Assembly (NCBI RefSeq): GCF_001194135.2
Contig: NC_068981.1
Coordinates: forward strand, 34,314,187-34,361,945
Reading direction: 5' to 3'
From: Octopus bimaculoides
Lineage: Eukaryota
DNA length: 47,759 nucleotides
Shown here in pieces: positions 35,007 to 47,407 of the stretch. The position numbers and the translations under genes are program-made. Each line of letters begins with the position of its first letter. Within the stretch, counting starts at the first letter, position 1. Under the pieces are notes generated by a model. The model was given only the letters and a program-made list of their open reading frames with translations. It made no database searches and was not told where the DNA came from.

Positions 35007-35898
35007 CTGTAGGATCAAAACGGTTGATTTTTGTTATTACATGCTTAACATGAACAGCATAGACATAGGAAAATCAGTATTTCAATGGTAAATTTCATAT
35101 AGCTAGGGCAATGACTTTGAAGTTTTGTCTTAGTCACTTTCACCAGACTGTAGAGTAATTTTACCTTGTATATGTTTTTGATGCACGTTGTGGGTGGAGC
35201 AATGTGGTCGAAAGAGCTAATTTTATGTAAAGCTTGAGTGAGTGAGAGAAAAAAGTAGAATATATGTGTACGAGTGTGACTGTAGGTATATATGAATTTG
35301 TCCCTTAAAAGACAGATATGTTGAAAGCAAACATAAAATAGAATACTGTTGCAAATGCTCGAGTGTACAGCTGCGCGATAGCAGCTGTTACATCTATTTA
35401 ACCGAAAACCTAAGATCTTGACATTGTCGGGAATAGAGAGAACTAATTTTTTTCCTTGTTTTCGTGTAAAGGAATAAAAACTGTAAGCATTCGAAAATAA
35501 TCTTGAGGTCATAGTTCTAATTGCAAACTAGTTAAATCTAAAACCATAACTTGCGATACTAAAATATTTGATACAAAAAATTTAACCCAAAATGTGAATC
35601 ACTTTATTAAGTGAAGCAATGTCGTCTCCTATTAAGAGAAACATGTCTTGTTTAGAAGACTTCTGAGAATATTTCCACACGTGAATGATTGAGTAGTTTA
35701 TGTGCACCACGTGATCTGCTGTCAACAAATGAAATAACGTGTGCCCAAAGTAACCATTGGTTCTACGATTTTTTTCTCATATAGATCTGCACTTGCAGCC
35801 AGAGTAATCGAGAAACTATAAAAATTCTGCCGAATAAATATAAATATACTCTACTGCTTGTGTGGAGTACTTTTTCCCTGTTTGTTAAAAACAATGTG

Positions 35899-35940
<42 letters not shown>

Positions 35941-36902
35941 NNNNNNNNNNNNNNNNNNNNNNNNNNNNNNNNNNNNNNNNNNNNNNNNNNNNNNNNNNNN
36001 NNNNNNNNNNNNNNNNNNNNNNNNNNNNNNNNNNNNNNNNNNNNNNNNNNNNNNNNNNNNNNNNNNNNNNNNNNNNNNNNNNNNNNNNNNNNNNNNNNNN
36101 NNNNNNNNNNNNNNNNNNNNNNNNNNNNNNNNNNNNNNNNNNNNNNNNNNNNNNNNNNNNNNNNNNNNNNNNNNNNNNNNNNNNNNNNNNNNNNNNNNNN
36201 NNNNNNNNNNNNNNNNNNNNNNNNNNNNNNNNNNNNNNNNNNNNNNNNNNNNNNNNNNNNNNNNNNNNNNNNNNNNNNNNNNNNNNNNNNNNNNNNNNNN
36301 NNNNNNNNNNNNNNNNNNNNNNNNNNNNNNNNNNNNNNNNNNNNNNNNNNNNNNNNNNNNNNNNNNNNNNNNNNNNNNNNNNNNNNNNNNNNNNNNNNNN
36401 NNNNNNNNNNNNNNNNNNNNNNNNNNNNNNNNNNNNNNNNNNNNNNNNNNNNNNNNNNNNNNNNNNNNNNNNNNNNNNNNNNNNNNNNNNNNNNNNNNNN
36501 NNNNNNNNNNNNNNNNNNNNNNNNNNNNNNNNNNNNNNNNNNNNNNNNNNNNNNNNNNNNNNNNNNNNNNNNNNNNNNNNNNNNNNNNNNNNNNNNNNNN
36601 NNNNNNNNNNNNNNNNNNNNNNNNNNNNNNNNNNNNNNNNNNNNNNNNNNNNNNNNNNNNNNNNNNNNNNNNNNNNNNNNNNNNNNNNNNNNNNNNNNNN
36701 NNNNNNNNNNNNNNNNNNNNNNNNNNNNNNNNNNNNNNNNNNNNNNNNNNNNNNNNNNNNNNNNNNNNNNNNNNNNNNNNNNNNNNNNNNNNNNNNNNNN
36801 NNNNNNNNNNNNNNNNNNNNNNNNNNNNNNNNNNNNNNNNTATGTATGTATGTGACCGCAGCCACTTGGCTGAAACACATAAATAAATAAATAAATAAAT
36901 AA

Positions 36903-36934
<32 letters not shown>

Positions 36935-36937
36935 GTG

Positions 36938-36978
<41 letters not shown>

Positions 36979-37469
36979 CCTACTGACGATACCGACCTAC
37001 TTTACGCTTTCTACCATAAACAAGTTGGTGTTTGTTCATTTGTTTTATTATTAGTTATATTTTCTTTTTACTTAATTTCTCTTTTTTCTATCATTATTTT
37101 TTACTCTTTTTTTCGTTTTTTGGAGTATGTATGTATATGTGTGTGGGTGCTATTTTTTGTTATGTTTTTGCATTTATTTCTTATTATTTTTATTGCATTT
37201 TTTTGTTATTTTTGTTGTTGTTGTTGTTGTTGCTTCCCTTTACTACCTCGAGGTCAGTAAACAGGTTGGTGATAAGGAGAGGAACGAAATAGATAGATTG
37301 AAAGAGCGAGAGAGAGAGGGAAATTGAGAGAAGATTGTAGGGCAAAGAAACGAAGCGGAGACCTGTGATAGTAACTAAGCAAAAGAGAGAGGTGTGGAGA
37401 GAGAGAAAGAGAGACAGACAGACTATGGTTGAGAGTGAACACAAGAGAAGGGACTGATGTAAAAGACTA

Positions 37470-37470
37470 T

Positions 37471-37512
<42 letters not shown>

Positions 37513-37609
37513 ATAACCATATCAGTAAAAGAATGTCCCCTTAGACGACAGAAACTAAAACAAATAAAAGCAGGACATGAAGACAGACAACAACAACAAC
37601 AACAACAAC

Positions 37610-37665
<56 letters not shown>

Positions 37666-37667
37666 GG

Positions 37668-37732
<65 letters not shown>
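37470..37732. repeat. (GT)n, (CAA)n and long (TAA)n microsatellites
   Basis: Direct reading. Confidence 0.95.
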
Positions 37733-38015
37733 CGTAAAAATACAAAACTGCTGTGACAGAAAAAGTAAACCAATGAAGTAAAACAGAAAAAAATGCAAAA
37801 ACTATATAAATATATAAAAACAAAGGAAACAAGGGGAAAAAAATTAAACTAACTCACAACATAGTTCTGTCATGTGACCGAATACTGGGTTTTTGATTCG
37901 CTTCTGACATACATTCCTAGCAGTAGGGCTTGGTAATTACCTCCAGATTTCCTTCTTTTAATTATAGTTCTTTCCTTTCTTTTTTACTTTTTTAAATAAT
38001 TCTCTCTTTTTTTTT

Positions 38016-38194
38016 ATTTATTTGTTTCTGTCATTCGATTGTGACCCTGTTGGTTGCGTCGAACAAATAAATCGACTTCAGTCTGTTACTTATTGTGTTG
38101 GTCTCTTTTGCCAAACCACTATGTTACAGGGACGTTAGCAGACCAACACCGGTTGTCAAGCGGTAATTGGAGACAAACACTCACACGCACACAT

Positions 38195-38200
<6 letters not shown>
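38016..38200 (-). mobile_element. SINE family B 3' half, degenerate
   Basis: GGTCTCTTTTGCCAAACCACTA…CACCGGTTGTCAAGCGG…GACAAACAC. Confidence 0.75.
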
Positions 38201-38226
<26 letters not shown>

Positions 38227-38279
38227 GCACACACATATGTATAACATAGGAACAAGCAACGGATTTTTTTGTTTTGCCT

Positions 38280-38475
38280 CATAAAAACAACCGATGAAAC
38301 AATTGTAACAACAATGAAAACACATTCATTATTCTTTTACGCTACACTGACATCCGATGAAACAATTGTAACATAAAAACATCCGATGAAACAATTGTAT
38401 TTCATAAAAACATCCGATGAAACAATTGTAACAACAATGAAAACATATTCATTATTCTTTTACGCCACACTGACA
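38280..38475 (+). repeat. Complex local tandem duplication: 73-bp unit x2 with two inner partial copies
   Basis: 38280-38352 matches 38403-38475; CCGATGAAACAATTGTA occurs at 38291, 38354, 38383 and 38414. Confidence 0.9.
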
Positions 38476-38601
38476 GTTCCACTTTTCATTGATAATTTGG
38501 AATACTATTAGAGCTACGGATTACCCAACAACATTGAATGTACTTCATTGCTACCTTCTGTGCCTGGACAATGGATTGCTTCATTAGCTGCTCGCATAAT
38601 T

Positions 38602-38836
38602 CTTATTTCTTTAATACCCACAAGGGGCTATACACAGAGAGGACAAACAAGGATAGACAAACGGATTAAGTCGATTATATCGACCCCAGTGCGTAACTGG
38701 TACTTATTTAATCGACCCCGAAAGGATGAAAGGCAAAGTCGACCTCGGCGGAATTTGAACTCAGAACGTAGCGGCAGATGAAATACCGCTAAGAATTTTG
38801 CCCTGCGTGCTAACGTTTCTGCCAGCTCGCCGCCTT
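38602..38836 (-). mobile_element. SINE family A monomer (tail1) with 14-16 bp TSD
   Basis: Full head GGCGGCGAGCTGGCAGAAACGTTAG on the reverse complement. CTGCTCGCATAATT(CT) at 38588-38603 and 38848-38863. Confidence 0.93.
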
Positions 38837-39374
38837 TTCTTTCTTTTCTGCTCGCATAATTCTGTCTAGCCAATTAGTGGCGTGATTCACGTTGATATGT
38901 CTCCATCCTTTACTGATCCATTATAGTTGGATATATCCCGTAGCCGACCAGTCGCAATTTTTTTGTCTCTCCGTTCTCCGAGACATTTTCTAAGCGTTAC
39001 CCACTATTCTCGTCTCCTTGGCCACAAGGCCGTATTTTGTTCGACTGTCTGACCTTGCCCACCGTACCAAACCACACTCAGAGTCTTTATGATCATTTTG
39101 TTTTGTTTTGTCTGCTCACGTCCCTAATTCTCCGCAAGAAAACTCTTTTTGCGGGCACCGCCAATTGGGAAGCGTTCAGTGTTATCGTTAAAGGTGCGAA
39201 ACTGAATATTACCAATTGGTTGATAACTGATGAAGAATTACGGACCTTCTGTTTGTTTCCCGTACGTTTTTACATTCAGTATACGTTATGTCGTTTGTTT
39301 ATTTACCATACAGTTTTTCATTTATTAGTAATGGAACGCAACACACACCAAATCCGTATTAACAAGTTCATACG

Positions 39375-39512
<138 letters not shown>

Positions 39513-39871
39513 ATGTCGGTAGGGTAAAATCCAAGCTGAGTCCTATTATTTGATTCTCTGTACGAAGAACCTCTAATAGAAAATCTGTTACATCTTTATC
39601 CAACATGTACAACTTTGTGATTCCTATTAGCAAATGAAACATATGTAATGGTGAATAAATAATACTAAAAACCTTTCAAACTCCCTATACATATATACAT
39701 ACATATTTATACACACACACACACACACATACACACACACGCACACACACATATATATACATACATACACACATATACATATCGGAAGTTCCACACTGAA
39801 TCATAATATCATTTTCTGTTACATAACGTTGTTACATTTTGATTACAGCCAGCATGTCTATTTACCGTACC

Positions 39872-40109
39872 TTTTTATCTTTTACTTGTTTTAGTCATTA
39901 GACTGTAGCCATGCTGGAGCACCGCCTTGTAAAATTTTTAGTTGAATGAATCGACCTCAGTACTTATTTCATTTTTGGACTGTACTTATTTTTATCGGTC
40001 TATTTTGCCGAACCGTTAATTTATGGAGACGTAAACACACTAACACCGGTCGTCATGGGTGGTGGGGGACAAACACAAAGCCGTCGTGTATGTATGTATA
40101 TACATACAT

Positions 40110-40161
<52 letters not shown>

Positions 40162-40333
40162 AAACCCGTCGTATATATATTTATCTTTCAGTTTCCGTCT
40201 ATCAAATCCACTAAAAAGGATTTAGTTGGCTCAAGGCTATAGGAAAAGACACTCGCCTATGGTGCCACGCAGTAGAACTGAACCCGGAACCATGTGGTGG
40301 GGGAAGCAAACTTCTTACCAGACAGCCACTCCA
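39872..40333 (-). mobile_element. SINE family B, full length, with rearranged internal tract
   Basis: Head, body and tail all present; internal segment partly inverted (see findings). Confidence 0.92.
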
Positions 40334-41141
40334 TCAAGTTCTAAGAAATCTTTCAATTTACTAATTCTACGATTCATTCATGGCTTTTTATTCTAATGAG
40401 CAGTAAACTGAAAACAAATTAAAGAATAACGGTGTCCAGGTATATAAAATTTTTAAAGATATCTTACGATTGTTTTAAAGGATTGCAAATATATCAACAA
40501 AAAGCATTGTTGATTTCAGTTTACAAGGTATCGACGTCCGACAAGTTGCAGAACTTAAAATTATAAACGAACACTAGCCCTCCCATCAGTCGTCAAAACA
40601 GCTGTTTCATTACGATTGGTTGGCTGCTGAGAGATTTGTAATTATGCGTAGTACCCCGGTCAGTTGAAATGTCAAGGAAAACATCGGCTGATCGTGTTAT
40701 ATTCACGGAAATAATAAATGTTACAATTGTATAAACCACATCCAACATTAGCTTACATCCTTTCAGTTGTATGTCGGTCGAAAATGTTCTCTAGGTATCG
40801 TTAGGCGGTGATGGTGTCGATTAAGGATTAACAGCGACTGATGATTATTGGTTGCTGTTGCTTGGCAATGCTTTATGATTAAGGTGGACAAATGAGTTTG
40901 GTGAAGGGAAAAGAGGAATAAAAACGGTCGGTGAGGTGAGCGGTCGACGATTTCTTTTGTTGTCTATCAATATTATGATCCGCTTTTCGTGGGTGATCAT
41001 AGTTTGAACTTTTGTCTACCAGATTATGTTGTACTTGAAACCTAACCTATAGTGACTGTGTTTTCTAAATAAGTAAAGGACTCATCAGAGAACATCTGCG
41101 GTTTCTATACAGTCGTTGCGAAAATCATAGTTTTGCTAATA

Positions 41142-41548
41142 CTCTTTTACCCTTTTACTTGTTTCAGTCTTTTGACTGCGGTCATACTGGAGCACCGCCT
41201 TTAGTCGAGCAAATCGACCCCGGGACTTATTCTTTGTAAGCCTAGTACTTATTCTATCGGTCTCTTTTTGCCGAACCGCTAAGTGACGGGGACATAAACA
41301 CACCAGCATTGGTTGTCAAGCAATGTTAGGGGGACAAACACGCACAAACACACACACACGCACACACATATACACATATATACACGACGGGCTTCTTTCA
41401 GTTTCTGTCTACCAAATCCACACACAAGACATTGGTCGGCCCAAGGCTATAGTAGAAGACACTTGCCCAAGATGACACGCAATGGGATTGAACCCGGAAC
41501 CATGTGGTTGGTAAGCAAGCTACTTACCACACAGCCACTCCTGCGCCT
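41142..41548 (-). mobile_element. SINE family B, full length (best-preserved copy)
   Basis: Reverse complement begins AGGCGCAGGAGTGGCTGTGTGGTAAGTAG (A-box) …GGTTCCGGGTTCAATCCC (B-box) and ends GACTGAAACAAGTAAAAG. Confidence 0.95.
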
Positions 41549-42084
41549 AATGATCAAATCAGCTTTAAGAAAAAAATAGGAGCGTTAAAGATAGTTTAGT
41601 AACAAGTTTATTGGAACCAAGTTCCTTATTTCTACAAGAATGAGTTTTGAATCTGAGCAATTTTATCGATGAAAATAGAAAACGAATTATCTGTTTCTAA
41701 ATTTTTGGTACAATATATTTTATAAGTAGGAGAGTTTATAAATGATAAGAAAGTTGGGAGAGTGTTTGTGGACGGATGAGCGAACTTGATGTTGCTCAAA
41801 GGGGTACGGAACCAGCATGATGTGGCGGGGATAAACCAGCATATGCTGTCGGGCCCCTGCTGATATTGGGGGTTGCGTTCTATGCCTTGACTCGAGCATA
41901 GAACGGGGCTCACCTCTTTGAGCTGGAAAATGAATGGAATGCCTGGTGTGTCTTGTTGTGGCTACCCCTCCTAAAAAAGGGGGGTGGAATATACCTGGGT
42001 ATATAAAAAAATATAAGTACATTTATTAAATAATTGCCGGGGGATTGAATCCTTATCCTTGTAAACTAACCGACGGAGAAACTG

Positions 42085-42220
42085 TCGCTTGATCTGGTAT
42101 AAATAACAACCAAATCTCCCTCAAGTCTCACCGTATCGAAAGATACACTAGATAATGTGGTCCATGAAATACAAAAATAAAAAGTAAAAAACAGGATGGC
42201 CATGACTGGAATAACTTTTG
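42085..42220 (+). mobile_element. Interspersed repeat family F fragment
   Basis: AAATAACAACCAAATCTCCCTCAAG…CTAGATAATGTGGTCC…GGATGGCCATGACTGGAAT. Confidence 0.55.
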
Positions 42221-42461
42221 TTCCTACGCAATCTAATTTTTTTTATAGCACATATATTGTCCTTGTAAAGTTATTTCCACCATAACTCATGATAATGACA
42301 GAACAACATTAGACAATGTAAAAATTTGTTATATGCTACAGAAGCAGTATTAGGTTAAAATAGTCATCCGTGTATCATACTTAATGCAGATACATCACAA
42401 AAGGCAAATCAATTGTGTTATTCGTCAAGAGATAATATTTCTTAAGGACGTTCTTTGTTTA

Positions 42462-42563
42462 AAAAACATAATATATATCAGTAGCAGACGAAAATCGTCC
42501 AGCAGTGATGAAGATGCTAGATGCACATTTCTGTTTCGTTGTGCTTTGTTAGTGGCAAGTACT
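42462..42563 (+). repeat. Unclassified interspersed repeat, second copy of 9811-9912
   Basis: See 9811-9912. Confidence 0.75.
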
Positions 42564-42782
42564 TAATGGAAATTGCATGCTAAGACAAAATCCGTTGCAA
42601 ATGATATTGGAAAAACAATGAGTGAAATGTATTAAGGGAGAATGATGTTTTCCTGGTTTGGTCCCATTCTTGCTAAGAGACGAAAAAACTAAACTTCCTA
42701 TGAATTCAATGGCAATCGGTAGGACAAGCACAGAGAAATCGACTCCAGATAAACAACCCAGCGACAACAGATTTCGACAATA

Positions 42783-42825
<43 letters not shown>

Positions 42826-43177
42826 ACATGTGTGCGCGTGCGTGTTTGGATGAGCAAACGAGAGAACAATACTAAATTCTTGTTTATTTCTTCAATCAAA
42901 GTTGCTGATTTACTCCGCGCTACAGAGGTATTTCCGTTTTCACACGTTATTTGTGTGTGTGTATGTGTGTGTGCGTGTGTGTGTGTGTGCGTGTGTGTAT
43001 AGGGGAGAGTGAAATAAAGAGAAAGAGAGAGAGCAAGAGAGAAAGAGAGATGTCTCGCAAATATAAAACTCTACATGTATTTAACGTAATGGAGCTTAGC
43101 AAAAGGCTCAATAAATAGAAAATGGATCAATACTTAGAGCAACAATATGCAAAATTAATTGTCCATTCGTTTAGTCG

Positions 43178-43216
<39 letters not shown>

Positions 43217-43380
43217 TCCACACATACATACACACATCCTGCAATAGCAGTTAATTCAATCATCTGCTTCTATTATACGTTTACTCCACTTTTGTTGTCA
43301 CTCATCGTTGGACAATTTCGGACACTTAAGGATACACATGGAAGATACATTCCATGCGAAGACCGGATTACACTTTGACA

Positions 43381-43665
43381 CTTTTACTTGTTTCAGTCAT
43401 TTGACTGCGGCCATGCTGGAGCACCGCTTTTAGTCGAGCAAATCGACCCCATGACTTATTCTTTGTAAGCCTAGTACTTATTATATCGGTCTCTTTTGCA
43501 GAACCGCTAGAATACAGGGATGTAAACACACCAGCATCGGTTGTCAAGCGATGTTGGGGGGACAAACACAGACACAGAAACACACACACACACATACATA
43601 TACATATATATACATATATACGACAGGCTTCTTTCAGTTTCCGTCTACCAAATCCACTCACAAGG
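43381..43665 (-). mobile_element. SINE family B, 5'-truncated
   Basis: Near-identical to 41150-41430 and 47410-47690; ends abruptly after CCACTCACAAGG. Confidence 0.93.
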
Positions 43666-44109
43666 TTGAATTATCTGTACTATTTTAAGCTTGATACTTA
43701 CTCTGTCGGTGTCTTTTTGTCGAACTGCTAGTTAAAGTGACNNNNNNNNNNNNNNNNNNNNNNNNNNNNNNNNNNNNNNNNNNNNNNNNNNNNNNNNNNN
43801 NNNNNNNNNNNNNNNNNNNNNNNNNNNNNNNNNNNNNNNNNNNNNNNNNNNNNNNNNNNNNNNNNNNNNNNNNNNNNNNNNNNNACACACACACACACAC
43901 ACACACAAACACACACTTACACACACGCACGCACACACATGTTTTTGTAGTTATTATGTAAAGCAGTTTGATTCGGCTAAACCTGGCTCCTTCAGGTCAG
44001 ATTACCGAATGGAAGATTACAGGAAGTTCAAGATGACTAATAGAAAATGGGCTGCTATTTTATTGGTCAATGCGGATCACATAGTATTTTGTTAGAAGTG
44101 AGATCGGCA

Positions 44110-44545
44110 TTTCAGCGACACCAAATACTGTATGAACGAAAATTTCTTCGACCGTGTGTGTATGTAAGCTGGACAGGAAGCTGGTGGCTCCTTGGTGTCT
44201 GGTGTGTGTGTGTGTGTGTATGCATGTGTGCGTGTGTGCGTGTGCATGTGTGTGTAAACCAGATGTATGAGTGCATGGATGTGGGTGTGTTATTGGTTGT
44301 ATGAGTGTGTGTGTGTATGTGTGAGTGTGTCTTTGTGTGTGTGTGTGTGTGTGTGTGTGCGCGTGCGTGCGAACACGCGTGCATTAGTGCCTACTGTATA
44401 CTCGTGCGCGAATGTATTTAGGATGCAAGAATGTGTGTGTCTGTGTGTATGTGTGAGTGTGTTCGTGCGAAGACGCGTGCGCGAATGTTTAGGATGCAAG
44501 TATGGATGTGTGTGCGTAAGTATGTACATTCATTACGTGCGTATT

Positions 44546-44579
<34 letters not shown>

Positions 44580-44606
44580 TGTATGTATGTATGTATGTAT
44601 GTATGT
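44110..44606. repeat. GT-rich decayed field and (ATGT)n microsatellite
   Basis: Direct reading. Confidence 0.9.
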
Positions 44607-44659
44607 TAGCATGTATATAGTAAGTTCAATATACATCTGCAAATGCAATGCAATACTTA

Positions 44660-44830
44660 GACACATCGCCAATGTTGTATCTTGGACTCACCAGCTGTTT
44701 CGGGTGTTTTACAACATACATCCCCTTCCTGTTCACGCAACATCATACCGACCCCAACCAATCTCCTCTTTCTCAGCAACCTTTACATCGATCTTGCTGG
44801 CTCTTCTTCTACTTGATCCTCATCACAAAA
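44660..44830 (-). mobile_element. Possible RTE-type LINE ORF remnant
   Basis: Minus-strand RRRASKIDVKV / LLRKRRLVGVG..LREQEGD resembles the RTE C-terminal motif IR.RRLRWFGHV.R.E. Confidence 0.3.
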
Positions 44831-44964
44831 TACTGCAACTGTATTTATCATCTAGGTAGCTACTGGTTCCCATCCAGAAATAGATCTGTTATGAGCCTGA
44901 AGACTTATAAAGCCGGAGATTAATCCTTTTTCCATCACTTATAAGTGACTGAGATTTCAGTACT

Positions 44965-45170
44965 CCCCCAACACTAAATCGGACGCCGGTACGTTGCAGG
45001 GTTAACTTCCTAGTTATTACGGGAACTCATTTGAAACTCCAAATGACTGGAGCGACGTGAAATGAAGTGTTTGGCTTAAGAACACAACACATCACCCGGT
45101 CCGGGAATCGAAACAACCAACCTATGATCCTGAGTATAATACTCTAGCCACTAAGCCACGTCTTTCACTG
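44965..45170 (-). mobile_element. tRNA-headed SINE related to the family C head
   Basis: Reverse complement: GTGGCTTAGTGGCTAG (A-box) …GTTTCGATTCCCGG (B-box) …GTGTTCTTAAGCCAAACACTTCATTTCAC…GCTCCAGTC, then AACCCTGCAACGTACCGGCGTCC. Confidence 0.72.
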
Positions 45171-45294
45171 TTCAGAAATAAGTAACATAACACAATATAA
45201 ACCAGTAATCTCCTAGGGTCGATTTTCTTTATTCTGCTACCTCTGCTCGCTTCATTTTGTTGCCTCATCAAAATTACGCATTATATACAACAAC

Positions 45295-45425
45295 ACCGTC
45301 AACATCATTATCATTACAACCCTCATGACCACCACCACCGCCGCCGCCGTCGTCGTCATCATCATCGTCGTCGTCATCATCATTGTCGTCGTCATCATCG
45401 TCATCATCATCAACATCATCATCAC
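45295..45425. repeat. (CAT)/(CGT)/(CCA) trinucleotide tract
   Basis: Direct reading. Confidence 0.9.
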
Positions 45426-45693
45426 TTTTACATAGTCTCTTTCACTCGTTAACCGCTACTATAATGACCTCTACACCTCTGAGCTGATTGAAATCGTACG
45501 ATCTCCACGTAAGCATTCCTCCTCCTGTCACCTTTCTTATGTCCACTCCTCCCTCGTACTCCGTACTAATCATTATTCCAAGTTTTTCCTTCTCAGAACA
45601 TCGACCCTCTAGAAATACCTGCCTGCTCATATCCTTCTCATTGGTTTTGGCGAATAAGCGTTAATGACGTCAATGTTACCAGTTAAGGATGAC

Positions 45694-45880
45694 CAGTGGT
45701 TCTCAACCGGGGTCTTTTATGACTCCTGGGGTTCCATATAAGATTTGGTGTGGTATGGGGGGGTCCACGCGCGCAAAATAGTAAATTGGGACCACAGTTC
45801 TATATTAAGGGTCCATGATAAAATTTTGCTTTATATGTATCTATTGCAAGAAACAGTTAGATTTCTTTCTCTAATGTTCC
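45694..45880 (+). mobile_element. hAT (Charlie/MER5-like) non-autonomous element, one end
   Basis: Starts CAGTGGTTCTCAACCGGGGTC, a typical hAT-Charlie TIR, with repeated GGG(G)TCCA subterminal motifs. The other end is not visible (SINE C tail and a gap follow). Confidence 0.6.
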
Positions 45881-47407
45881 AACCTGTTGTTGGCACTCCG
45901 TCGCTNNNNNNNNNNNNNNNNNNNNNNNNNNNNNNNNNNNNNNNNNNNNNNNNNNNNNNNNNNNNNNNNNNNNNNNNNNNNNNNNNNNNNNNNNNNNNNN
46001 NNNNNNNNNNNNNNNNNNNNNNNNNNNNNNNNNNNNNNNNNNNNNNNNNNNNNNNNNNNNNNNNNNNNNNNNNNNNNNNNNNNNNNNNNNNNNNNNNNNN
46101 NNNNNNNNNNNNNNNNNNNNNNNNNNNNNNNNNNNNNNNNNNNNNNNNNNNNNNNNNNNNNNNNNNNNNNNNNNNNNNNNNNNNNNNNNNNNNNNNNNNN
46201 NNNNNNNNNNNNNNNNNNNNNNNNNNNNNNNNNNNNNNNNNNNNNNNNNNNNNNNNNNNNNNNNNNNNNNNNNNNNNNNNNNNNNNNNNNNNNNNNNNNN
46301 NNNNNNNNNNNNNNNNNNNNNNNNNNNNNNNNNNNNNNNNNNNNNNNNNNNNNNNNNNNNNNNNNNNNNNNNNNNNNNNNNNNNNNNNNNNNNNNNNNNN
46401 NNNNNNNNNNNNNNNNNNNNNNNNNNNNNNNNNNNNNNNNNNNNNNNNNNNNNNNNNNNNNNNNNNNNNNNNNNNNNNNNNNNNNNNNNNNNNNNNNNNN
46501 NNNNNNNNNNNNNNNNNNNNNNNNNNNNNNNNNNAAAAAAAAAAGAACGAAAGAAAAAGAAACAAACATTTTCGCACAAAATTTACCTCACTTCTCTTTT
46601 TTCAAATAGAAAATATCCATCTTATTTTTCTCGTGTTTCCAAACTGCTTAAGAGAATCGTAATTGTATTTAAAAATCAAAAACAAAAATAAAACAATTTA
46701 ATTTTTAATTCTATTTAATGCCCTTGATAACTGTTTCGCCAATGTTTCGAGGTTATAAGGTAGCAGCGTATAAAATCGTGTCATTAATTTACTTGTCTTC
46801 CGATCCTTGTCTTTTTAATTAACTTGCCATTTCATCCAATAAAAGCTATAGCTTAATTACTGCAGCGCTTAGTCTATTAACGCTTAGCCTCTGACCCAAT
46901 CTTTCATTTCCGAGCTAACGCCTCTATAGTTATATTATCTATGTATAAATCAAGACAACATGTACAAACTGTTATCTAGATTTTCACTTGTTTATATAGT
47001 AATCGTTTACAAATCATTATAGCGTATCTAAATCACAATGGATTAATGACTTTGTTTATAATCTGTGAATTTATTTGTTTTGAAGCTTAATAGAACATGG
47101 CTGAAGATAGTTGACTGAGATTTCTTTTTTTATTTAAGACACGTCTTCGTAAGGATAAGTAGTTATTACTTAACTCCAGGCTTGTTCAATTCATCTGACT
47201 ATGACATAGCTATGATCATTGGAAGAATATAGCATGTTAATCGAGAAAATTTGACTGCAATCTCGAATAAGTCAAACGACTACGTAGGAGCTCCATCTCT
47301 AACTCCAAACATCAAAGGTAAGACAAATGCATCAATTCATAACTGTGACACATTTTAGAGATATAATTGACCAACGTGTACTAGAAACTGGTTTGAATAA
47401 TGCATTA

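Noticed and set aside
38280-38475. CRISPR-like repeated 17-mer
   Set aside because: Spacers are unequal and are themselves duplicates; eukaryotic context; no cas genes.
41040-41095. Minus-strand CTGATGAGTCC…GAAAAC..GTC hammerhead-like string
   Set aside because: Stem II has no GGAC partner and the stem I strands do not pair; not a foldable hammerhead.
45442-45630. 62-aa minus ORF with IRKVTGGGMLT, like an APE endonuclease motif
   Set aside because: A single short motif only; other APE motifs (ETW, YRPP, GDFN) are absent.
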